Shown here: in pieces, positions 51,045 through 61,439 of the stretch
Layout: each line of letters opens with the position of its first letter
Numbering within the stretch: the stretch's first letter is position 1
Source: Octopus sinensis
Lineage: Eukaryota
Assembly: GCF_006345805.1 (NCBI RefSeq)
Contig: NC_043015.1
Span: forward strand, 18,290,001 to 18,354,000
Direction: 5' to 3'
Length of the DNA: 64,000 bases
Notes under the pieces: model-generated
What the model saw: only the letters and a program-made list of their open reading frames with translations
What the model was told of the DNA's origin: nothing
Database searches by the model: none
Program-made: the position numbers and the translations under genes

Positions 51045-51531
51045 TATACATATATACATATATAACATATATACAATATACATATATTATATATACATAT
51101 ATATATTATACATTATATAATATATACATAATATATATATACATATATATATAATACATATATTATATACATATATATATATACATATTATATATACACA
51201 TATATATATATACATATATATTATACATATATATATATACATATATATATATACATATATAATATACATATATATATATACATATATATATATACATATA
51301 TATATACCATATATATATATACATATATATATATACATATATATATATACATATATATATATATACATATATATATAAACCTTATATATAATACATATAA
51401 TATTATATATAATATATATATATATATACATATATACATACATATATATATACATATATACATACATATATACATACATATATATATACATACATATATA
51501 TATATACAACTTATATAATATATACATACAT

Positions 51532-51573
<42 letters not shown>

Positions 51574-51630
51574 TACATACATATATATATATACATATAT
51601 ACATATATATATATACATATATACATGTAA
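46507..51630. repeat. ~5 kb compound (TA)n/(TACA)n satellite with an embedded (TG)n block and an RTE tail (46713-46953)
   Basis: Read directly; 48400-48900 looks like noisy, low-quality consensus. Confidence 0.92.
48086..48125 (-). ncRNA. Variant or decayed minimal hammerhead-like motif
   Basis: Minus strand reads GTTT CCGACGA A GAGC-TCC-GCTC GAA CG TC ATAC; U4C core change, one A missing after GAA; poor-quality region. Confidence 0.35.
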
Positions 51631-51639
51631 TATATTATG

Positions 51640-53232
51640 ATTTTGATTTTGATTTTTGATTTTTTTCCAGTTTCAGCTTATGAGCTGTGGCCATGCTGGG
51701 CACAGCTACTTGGTGTTGCTACTTGGTTTCACTTCATGAAGGCTTTCTAGCAGCTGCTATTGGTGCATGAGAGAGTTTGATGCAGCTCCCTCATCTGCCC
51801 CTCCTGCCGTGAAGTTGGTTCATCTGGACACCTGACAGGAAGAGATCCAGCTTCATTTTAAAGACACTCTGTATCCACCCCATGCAGTCTCTCAGGTTCT
51901 TCGGAGGATATTGAAGAGCTGTGGGCCTCGGAAGCCCAGGCTATCACAGAATCTTGTCTACATCTTGATGGCAAGTTTGGTGTCCTTGGCACCACGCAGT
52001 GGGCGCCCAGTTCTGGCATTTGCGTAACTCTCGATGCCAAAGTTCAGGACACTTCCCTCCAGGATCTTCCAGATGTATATATGGCATATCTTTCCCGCCT
52101 ACGCTCCAGGGAATAATAATTAATTTCCTGAGTCTTTCCCAGTAGCTTACATTCTGCATAGAGGCTATCTTCTTCATGTAGCTACGTTGGATCGCCTCGA
52201 GCTCTGTGATCAACTTGACACTGGATGGTGACCATAACTGAGAGCAGTAGTCAAAGTGGCTTAGGACAAGTGTCCTCTTGTTCTCTTGTTCTAAAGGTTC
52301 TGAGGATCCATCCGGCCAGTCGTCTACATTTCATTGCCAATCTAGCAACATGTACACGAAAGGTCGCGTCATCACTCATGTAAATACCTAGGTCACGCAC
52401 TGATTGTGCCTCTGGGATTGCTATTCCTCCGGGTCCAGAGTATTCATTGGGTATTGCATTTAGTTTTGCATGCTGATAGTATAGAGCTTGAAACTTTTCA
52501 GCATTGAACTGCATGCTATTCTTTTCAGCCCACTTGTATATTTCGTCCAGCTCACATTGCAGGTGTTTAGTGTCCTCAGGGTTCTGTATTGCCTGTGAAA
52601 CTTTTGTATCACATCTGCATAACTTGTGATCGTGGCTCTCTGCGTGGTTGAGGGCATGTCTGAGAGGGCCATTATGAACAGTAGTGGTCCCAGAACAGTG
52701 CCCGCTGCGGAACACACCGCTCACTATTTGCGTGTTAATGGAAGTGGCCCCATTGGCCACTACCACCTGACTTCTATCTTCAGAAAGTCATGAAGCCATT
52801 CTCCTAGTTTTCCAACTATGTTGAGATCACGCAGCTTGTGACATATCATTCCAATGACGTTATCAAAGGCCTTTGCAAAGTCGATATATATCACTTCCAC
52901 ATTTGAGTGGTTGAGTAGCCGTTTCAGCACCCAGTCCATAGTGTTGTGGAGCTGAATTAACCAGCTTCTCCCTGGTCGGAAACCATGTTGGTGTCGGCAG
53001 CAAGTCATTTTCTTCAAGGAAGGTGATCAGCTTCCTTCTGACTATTCGTTCCTGACCTTGCTGATGTGTGAGGTGAGAGAGATAGGTCTATAGTTTCTTG
53101 GCTTCCGCTCTGCTACCTCCTTTATGAATGGGGCATATTTTACCTTCCTTCAGTTTTCTTGGAAGTTTGCAGCTGCCAAGGAAGCTCTGAAAGAGGAACT
53201 GCAGTGGTCTTGCTAGGACTCTCTTACATGCT
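51640..53232 (-). mobile_element. 5'-truncated CR1-group LINE (RT)
   Basis: QHGFRPGRS, IYIDFAKAFD, GTVLGPLLF, YAD, QFNAEKFQ, RDLGIYMS, GWILRTFRTR; (AAATC)n-like tail near 51640. Confidence 0.88.
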
Positions 53233-53284
53233 TTTATATATATATAATATATATAGGAAAAAAGCAACAAGAATGGATTAAAAT

Positions 53285-53370
53285 CTCGGTACAATCGTTT
53301 CGTACGAGGACATCTTTAATAAGCTACAAAAAATGCAGTGAATACAGATGGCTCGTACTCGTCAGCCGAA
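53285..53370 (-). ncRNA. Type I hammerhead ribozyme with intact core, inverted upstream of a Penelope-like ORF
   Basis: Minus strand: TTCGG / CTGACGA / GTACGAG...CTCGTAC / GAA / ACGATTGT / A / CCGAG; GUA cleavage site. Confidence 0.8.
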
Positions 53371-53668
53371 AAAAAAATCAGAGAATTCCCAAACATCAAA
53401 AGGGTAGATAAAAAAAGAGGGTGTAAGATTAACTGCATTGAAGAAAGTTCGATTCATGGAGATCCATGAAGGTTTTAAAACTTCAGAATTTGTGCATGTC
53501 TACATATAGCTCATATTGAGTTGCTAATCAAGTTGTGTGAAGAAATTTTCGGATACAGTCATGCAAAATTTCTGAAAATCTGAGTAAGAAGCAAAGTGAT
53601 TGTCATATCGTGTAGAGGAAAGTCTGAGTAAAAAGCAAAGTGACTGTCATATCGTGTAGAGGAACAGA

Positions 53669-54070
53669 TTGTTATTGAAATTTACAAGAATCGCAGATAA
53701 GTTCGAAAAAATAAACATCGAATTTTCCCCTAACGACATCCTCCTCCATAGTAAAGATGAGTATTATTGGCTACTCATTCACAGGATAAATGACTTCATT
53801 AGAAGGATTAGATGGAGAACATACCACTTTGATATCAAGCATAGAAAGAATACGAAACGAAGGATTACTAATAAGAAGTTCGACAGAATATTTAGAAGCA
53901 GGAAGAGCCCACCTCCAAATTCACTCCTTGATAATTTTGAAAAAGACCTACTCAACCTCATAGAAAGAATTAAATTCAAGGATCACCCGTTAAGATACAA
54001 TCACCACCTCAAGCATCTCAGTAAATTTATAAAATCGACTCGAAACAAGAAAGGAATATTAGTACCAGCA
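53669..54070 (+). pseudogene. N-terminal fragment of a Penelope-like element ORF, ending in a poly(A) run
   Basis: INDFIRRIRWRTYHF...FRSRKSPP...NFEKDLLNLIERIKF...ILVPA(DK) resembles PLE N-termini that precede the RT. Confidence 0.6.
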
Positions 54071-54460
54071 AAAAAAAAAAAAAAAAAAAAAAATTTTTTT
54101 TCCTCATAGTTCCTGAATTCTTAAAGATTCTTAAAGATTCAAGCTAACTAAGTTATCTACAAATTCTTCTGTATTTGGTCACTTTTAAAAAAAACCCTCC
54201 CACTAAGTTGTCGAAGTATAGTCTATATAGGCGCCTTTTCTTTTCTCCCTATTCCACTTTTTCTTTTTTTCTTTTCCTTTTTCTTCTTTTTCTTTTTTCT
54301 TTTTCTTTTTCTCTTTCTTTTTCTTTTCTATCCTTCTCCCCCGTTTCTCTTTCTTTTTTCTTTTTCTTTTTCTTTTCCTTATTTCTTCTTCTTCTCCTTT
54401 TTCTTTTTCCCTTGTCTCTTTCCTTTTTCTTTTATTTTATTTTCTTTGCCCCACAAATAA
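54070..54460. repeat. Poly(A) followed by (CTTTT)n/pyrimidine-rich low-complexity sequence
   Basis: Read directly. Confidence 0.85.
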
Positions 54461-54823
54461 ATTCCTTCAGCCTTTAGAAATCTCAACATAGCAGTTTTGC
54501 ACCGAGAGCAATAACATGGCAAATTACCTTATCATATAGCATGAAATGATTGTGGATTAATAATGGTTAAATACATCGTCTTTGAGTATGAAATTCCTCA
54601 TCTTACCACTGGAAATGTAAATCTTCACTATGGATTAATTCACTTTTCTGTGAAGCTAATAAATCTTTAAAAACCTGTGATAAGTCTGTGCATCATCCTC
54701 CTCATATCTCTGGAAATTTAAATCTACACTATGGATTGATTCATCTTCTCTTCGAAATTAATAAGTTTTGTAAAAATCTATGATAAAACTGTGCATCATC
54801 ATTAAGGAACTTTGAAACTGTTT

Positions 54824-54923
54824 NNNNNNNNNNNNNNNNNNNNNNNNNNNNNNNNNNNNNNNNNNNNNNNNNNNNNNNNNNNNNNNNNNNNNNNNNNNNN
54901 NNNNNNNNNNNNNNNNNNNNNNN
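54824..54923. other. Assembly gap (100 N)
   Basis: Run of N. Confidence 1.
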
Positions 54924-55303
54924 AAATAAATATATATATATATACATACACATAATATATATATATATATACACATAATAAATTATATAATATTATATAT
55001 ATATATAACATAATATATATATATATATATAATATATATATATATTATATATATAAAATTATTTAACATTAAGGATAACCTCTTAATAAGGAATCTTACA
55101 AGAAATTATCAGGTAGATAGCGTGAAAAACCTCATAAGAGAAAAAATTTCGAAAATAATTTTTCTTATTGAACATATTAATTGATATATAGAGGGCATTA
55201 TTATACATATATGCCACACACAGAGGGACATTAGTCATTTCTACCAAAAATTTTACTAATCCTACAAAATGCAATTCTTCAAAGCAAGACATTTAAAAAA
55301 TTA

Positions 55304-55352
55304 AGTCTTGTATCACCTGTGATTTCGTACTTACGTACTCATCAGCAAGACT
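55304..55352 (-). ncRNA. Type I hammerhead ribozyme, copy 1
   Basis: Reverse complement reads AGTCTTG CTGATGA GTAC-GTAA-GTAC GAA ATCA-CAGG-TGAT A CAAGACT. Confidence 0.88.
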
Positions 55353-55880
55353 GGTTCTGAACGTATCATAAATAAACGACCCGTCTCGTCGGAGCCCAAC
55401 AGCTAACTGCTAAACCCAACGACGCACATGGGGAAGTTTACACATAATACATCCGGTAAATGGCAGGCTTCTTCGAATTGCATTTCGGATAGGAAAAGTT
55501 TTTTTCGTAATAAAATTATTTAACAATTAAGGATAACCTCTTAATAAGGAATCTTAACAAGAAATTATCAGGTAGATAGCGTGAAAAACCTCATAAGAGA
55601 AAAAATTTCGAAAATAATTCTTTCTTATTGAACATATTAATTTATATATAGAGGGCATTATTATACATATATGCCACACGCTAAGAGGGACATTAGTCAT
55701 TTCTACCAAAAATTTTACTAATCCTATAAAATGCAATTCTTCAAAGCAAGACATTATGTATTATGTATTATGTATAAATAATGTATTATGTGTAAACTTC
55801 CCCATGTGCGTCGTTGGGTTTAGCAGTTGGCTGTTGGGCTCCGACGAGACGGGTCGTTTATTTATGATACGTTCAGAACC

Positions 55881-55929
55881 AGTCTTGCTGATGAGTACGT
55901 AAGTACGAAATCACAGGTGATACAAGACT
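55881..55929 (+). ncRNA. Type I hammerhead ribozyme, copy 2
   Basis: 7-bp stem I AGTCTTG/CAAGACT, core CTGATGA, 4-bp stem II with GUAA (GNRA) loop, GAA, 4-bp stem III, AUA site (cut after 55922). Confidence 0.88.
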
Positions 55930-56297
55930 TAATTTTTTAAATGTCTTGCTTTGAAGAATTGCATTTTGTAGGATTAGTAAAATTTTTGGTAGAAATGACT
56001 AATGTCCCTCTTAGCGTGTGGCATATATGTATAATAATGCCCTCTATAGAAAAAATTATAATAATTATGTGTGTGTGTGTATATATATATGTATGTGTGT
56101 GTACGTGTATATCTGTGTGTGTGCATGTATGTGTATTTGTATTGTGTGATTTCTTCGTATATATTTAGCGTATGTGTATAAGAGTATGTATATGTATGCA
56201 TGATAGATCACTAGTCACTACACATGTGTATATGTGTATGTATATGCATGTATGTATGATAGATCACTAGTCAGTACACATTATTTTCTCTCCTTGT

Positions 56298-56337
56298 TCC
56301 TTTCTGTGGAAGAGTGTAGGCTCAAAACGCTAAAGAC
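56298..56337 (+). repeat. Decayed minimal hammerhead-like motif at the head of a PLE-type repeat
   Basis: CTTT CTGTGGA A GAGT-GTAG-GCTC AAAA CGC TA AAG; several core changes. Confidence 0.3.
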
Positions 56338-56494
56338 TTTTTCACTTCCCAAGCATTAACCAATACATCTGTTTGTTGTCTACACCACCTGTTTTCGCCC
56401 TTTGTTTTTTTGTGAACTCTCCCCCTATATATGTGTGTATGTATATGTTAATGTGTGTTTTTGTATCTATGTATGAGTTGTGTCTGCATTTGTA

Positions 56495-56528
<34 letters not shown>

Positions 56529-56760
56529 CACACAGATACAAATAAATACAGACATATATACATACACATGTATGTGAGTGTATGTATATGTATATATGTA
56601 TACATGTATATATGTTTATATTTATATATATGTGTATATATATGTGCATATGCATATATGTGTGTATGTATGTGTACATGATTTATGTGCATACGTATTT
56701 GTTAATTATATTATGTTTGTATCTTCCCATACACATGCACTCATGTATGTGTGTATATTT

Positions 56761-57043
56761 TTGTTGTTTATTCCTTCTCGAGCCATGCCTGGCTCATAAG
56801 GGCTGGTTTCCCGGTTTCTTGGCGTATAGGTTCCCCACCTGGATGGGACGCCAGTCCATTGCAGGTGAGCTGCAAGATGCAGGAAGAAAGAGTCAGCAGA
56901 AGTTTCGCCATTACCTTCTGCCAGAGCCGCATGGAGCTTAGGTGTTTCACTCATAAACACACACAACGTCCGGTCTGAGATTTGAACCCGCGATCCCTCG
57001 ACCGCAAGTCCGCTGCTCTAACCACTAGGCCATGTGCCTCCAC
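56761..57043 (-). mobile_element. tRNA-derived SINE
   Basis: Minus strand: A box TGGCCTAGTGG, B box GGTTCAAATC, tRNA-like head, unrelated body and (AAC)n-like tail. Confidence 0.88.
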
Positions 57044-59469
57044 ATGTGTGTATATTCTTATATGTTAAGTGTATACGTATTTATTACTTGTGAATTAATA
57101 ATTATTTCCTTCATATATTTGTTTATTATTCATTTTTGAATGTCTTCCCTGAGCTGGGTAATATTTGAGTGGGAGATTTTTTTTGAAGAAATCGTATATG
57201 TTCAAATATTGAATGAATTTAAATATAGTTTTGTTATTTAGCTAGAAGCTTCTAAACCCCCCCCCCCTTCTTTTCCTTTTCAATATAAATATGTATACGT
57301 CTGACTTTCTATGGCTTTTTCTGTTAGTGAATGTGTTGTTTATATCTGCTAGACATGTGTTTTTGTTTACATTATGTTTTGTCTTGATCTTTTACTACTT
57401 TTTAAATATATCCGTTACACTTAAAAAGTGTAACGGATATATTTTTTTCACAAATAGACTTGCATACACTTGATATATCTTTCTTTTTTGTCTCTCTTAT
57501 TATTATTTTTCCCTTTTACAACTTGTTTGTAGATATCCGGTTTAATTTTTCCCTATTACCTCATCTGTCTTTCCTTATTGAACTTTATCAATAATTTTTT
57601 TGATGTTCCTTCTTAAAAATTCTTCACACTGATGAGAATGACAATGCATAACTATAATTATTGTTATAATATTTTTTTTATTAAATATTTGAATTGTACT
57701 TTGAAATGTGCCTATGTATTGAATTCAATTTAGTATTAAATTCAATTTTGATTTTAACATATTTTCTCCATTTTTATACTTGTTTATGACATCTTTATAC
57801 CTATAACAAATTTTTTAATTGTTATTTTCATATTCTTAATACTTGTTCTGGCTGATTTTTATGAATATTATGAATTTTTTGTTGGAAATTATTTTTCTCT
57901 CTTTTTGGATCCTTCAAAAAGTTTGAATGGTTCTTTTTGAACTTATTTTTTCTCACTCACACACACATTTATATATATTGAACAGTATAATGAATTTGAA
58001 AGTGAAAATTAATTATGTAACCAGAATTAAACAATGCATTCATTACTTCAATACATAATTTAGATGTAACAAGGTTTGTCATATTTTTCAAATGGTCTTT
58101 ACATTAGCAACACTTAACACTAACAAGGATAAGCACACCATATTCTTCATGGCATACATATGCTTACAAATCCACAATGGGAAGCACTCTGAAAGTGACT
58201 AAAAGCAATCATAATAAAAAAAAAATACTATTTTGGTAAGTAGATAATGCTTACAATTTAGGTAGACTCTACATAAAAGTTTGTTCAGCTTTCAAAGGAA
58301 CTTTTTAATTTCTAACAGAAACCATAAAGATATATAGCTGAAGTTAGTCATCTTCAATTGAGCAGAATCTAAATTTAATAGAAAAAGCAAGAAAATCATG
58401 AAGTGTATGGCATGATATTTGTTTAAAGTTTTGTTTTTCAATATAAATCAACATCAGACAATTTTAAAAAAATAATATGAAAAATATATATTGCTTATAA
58501 TATGTTAACGTCATAGATTTTTATCCAGATAAAATACATCTTTCAAAAAGTATTGCTTTATGGGAAACAAATAAAAAGGACAACTTTAGAACAACAATTG
58601 GATTATCATTTCCACATTTAGGTTGTCATTATTTTGTCTTTCTGGAAAATATTAGTGGTTGATGTAGATTGGATCAGCCTATCTGGTAAAAGGTATTCTA
58701 ATCATCACCATCCTATCTTTTTAGATACTTCATCTCAGACTCTATAAGCCAATATCTTTTATTTGAGAGAGATTTAGTAGGTTGCACAATCAGACACACA
58801 CAATATTGATTTCAGAGTATCGCAAAATACAAATTTAACATATATATTCACACATACAAAATATATTGTATCAATATTGGATGTTCTTATACACCACTGG
58901 TCACAATGTGTTTCAAATTCTTTCTTGATTGTACCTTTCTCTTTCCCCATCCCAGCATGGACACCACTCAGCAATTTCATGGGTCTACCTGTTGTCTGTG
59001 AATCTTGCAACATGCACGACTTGTGCTTTTTGTATTGTGATCACGTCATTCACTCCACTCCTGAATTACCTCATTACAGATATGTTCTCGCAACGATATT
59101 CTTAATGTGGATCTTTCCATAGCTCCTTATGTCATAACCAACAGATGTTCTTCCCTCAATGTAGTAGCCCATGTCTAGCTTCCATATAAGAGTGCAGGTA
59201 GGATGATGCTGTCAAAAAGAAGCTTTGCTTTGAACACCTCTTTTATTAAAGTAAAAGTCTCCCATCTGGCCCCCTTATTCTCAAGATTTCAGCATCCTTA
59301 TCTTAGCACATATTCACTGTGTGTTCTAAGTAGATCTGTTCCTTTACCTCCTCGATATGGAGACATATAGAGAAACTCCAAAACCTAGCTTGTCTTTCAA
59401 ACTATCTAACTTTCCTGTGTAGATGTAGAGACTCAAAGCTAATATCACTTGGCTTGAATATAATGACAC

Positions 59470-60976
59470 CAGTGGATTCATATAAAGCTAGAAGAGTAGC
59501 AGAAAGGGCAGGACACGCCCTCGTCCATGAGAGGATCCATTACAACAATTGGAAAAAAACATCAATTAAATAATAAAATCAAAGAGGGGTTATCTTCATT
59601 ACTTAGGAAAATAACCAGAGATGATGATGATAGGAAGAGAATCCAACAAGATCAAGAAAAGTCATACATGAAAGAATTTGAAATGGTGAAGACATGCCAG
59701 ATTAAGAAGTTTATATAACTCAAAGGTCAGAGAATGAAGACTGAAGCCTGTCACCCACCCGTGAAAGCAGTAATTAATGTAAGTAGCCAACATCTAGAAA
59801 GCTCTGAAGAAGCAGTACTAAACAAGGGTCTCAGCTTTGCAACAACCATCAAGCGCATTCCATACTTGGACATAATAGCCCCTATTGAAGAGATAGCCAT
59901 AAAGGTACCAAAAGCTCAGGGAGATGAACTAAGATGGAAAGTGAGACAGCTACTAGAAAATGCGAAATTTCCCAAACCAAACATCATTAAGGAAGAAACG
60001 TTCGCTATCAAAAGACTACAGAATGACAATTCCATCATAATACTTCCAGTAGACGAGGGAAATGCTACAGTGATGATGAACAAGTCTGACTACTTGGAAA
60101 AACTGGCAAGTCTTATAAGTGATGGTAGCTACAGCAAAGTAAAGAAAGACCCTACTTTGAAAACAGAGAGGAAGTTGTCACAGATCTTGATCAAGAACAA
60201 GGATCACTTTACATCAATGAAGTACAGACAACTGACTCAACACTACAGTAAACTACCACACATGTACTGTCTTGAATCTGATAAACTGCCAACAGTCTGT
60301 CTATCCTATGTGAAAGGCCTCTCCCCGAAAAGATACAAAAGATACGCAGCCCATATGACACCAGGACAGTATTCAAAAGTAATACAACACTTCGCAAGTA
60401 TCTCCTTCGAGTAAAACCACAAATAGAAGAGAATATGACCTCAGACTGTGTGTACTCCATCCCATGCAGCTGTGGTATGTTATACAAAGGCGAAACATGC
60501 TGCCCCCTCAAAATAAGGGTAGAGGAACATTGCAAAGCTGTGACACGGGGAGATATTGATAAATCAGGTATAGCTGATCATGTATGGAAAAAAATAGACA
60601 GAGAACATCACTGGAAAATGCGAAAACTAAAAGAAGCAGCACATACGCTAGGACACAACAACCTCCTAAGCAGACCGAGTGCAGATATGAACAGCATATG
60701 GGAACTGGCATTAAAGAAGGATAAGAAAATATTAGATTTATAAGCCCTAAAATTCACTCCATAATTGTCAACGGGCATATGGTGTAGTGGTTAAGAGCGC
60801 AGGCTACTAACCCCAAGATTCCGAGTTCGATTCCAGGTTCAAAATTTCCCCAAGACATCTGATGAAGGCTGGATGGTATATCAGCCAAAACGTGTTAACA
60901 ACAAACAAGATGAGAACAAATATCCATCAATTGTAAATAATGTACATAATTCCTCATCTTTTAAATATAGAACTGT
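59470..60976 (+). mobile_element. Penelope-like element with most of the RT deleted, GIY-YIG endonuclease remnant and 3' pLTR
   Basis: VINVSS..LNKGLSFA, IIILPVDEGNATV, YSKVKKDPT, then a jump to YVKGLS; CVYSIPCSCG..YKGET..LKIRVEEH..SGIADH; decayed hammerhead CTGATGA A GGCTG..CAGCC AAAA at 60859-60890. Confidence 0.85.
60773..60837 (+). promoter_or_regulatory. tRNA-like Pol III promoter module (A and B boxes) inside the PLE 3' region
   Basis: TGGTGTAGTGG (A box) and GAGTTCGATTCC (B box); no complete acceptor stem. Confidence 0.65.
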
Positions 60977-61439
60977 ATAAAAAAAAGGATGTTACAGAGA
61001 TAGAGAAAAAAGTTAAATAAAACAGGTACAAGTCTATAGATATACATAGAATGATATCTAAAGACTCTGGTGGTGGTCTGTTTTGGCAAGACATATTATT
61101 TAGAAAAACTGACAGAAAGAGCATAGTAAAATTGCCATAGTGAGTGTGGTAGGCACAAATGTGGAAATGACAGGCACCTCTTGCAGATGTTCAGAGAGTT
61201 TATACCCATGCTGACACATGCCTTCATTCTATCATGGAATTTTTCATTGAGTGTTTTGCTTTTTTCAGCCATGTCCAGGTGTGGTATGCAACACAATAGA
61301 GATGTTAAAAATAAATGATTCCTAAGCATGAAGCTTTTTGAAGTGAGAAAAGTTCCACTTTCTAAACATATCTCCCCTACAGCAAAACACCTGTTCCTGA
61401 CCCTTATCACACTTTAGCATTTCATCCTCTGGCACAAAA

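Larger units (their letters stand above)
55055..56050. mobile_element. ORF-less hammerhead-bearing repeat: ~1.5 tandem copies of a ~458-bp unit plus a partial inverted copy (retrozyme-like or Penelope pLTR-only)
   Basis: AAGGATAACCTCTTAATAAGG recurs with a 458-nt period (c55082/c55540); 55785-56050 is the reverse complement of ~55185-55449; the junction contains (TATTATG)n slippage repeats. Confidence 0.8.

Noticed and set aside
46408-51626. Dozens of long Y/I/M/C/H-rich ORFs
   Set aside because: They are translations of TA/TACA/TG microsatellites, which lack stop codons in some frames.
55083-56168. Three copies of an MSCFEELHF.. peptide suggesting a gene family
   Set aside because: They come from the non-coding hammerhead repeat unit; the ORFs are short and end at different points.
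56960-57043. Possible tRNA genes here and at 60773-60837
   Set aside because: Only A and B boxes with an incomplete cloverleaf, fused to SINE or PLE sequence.
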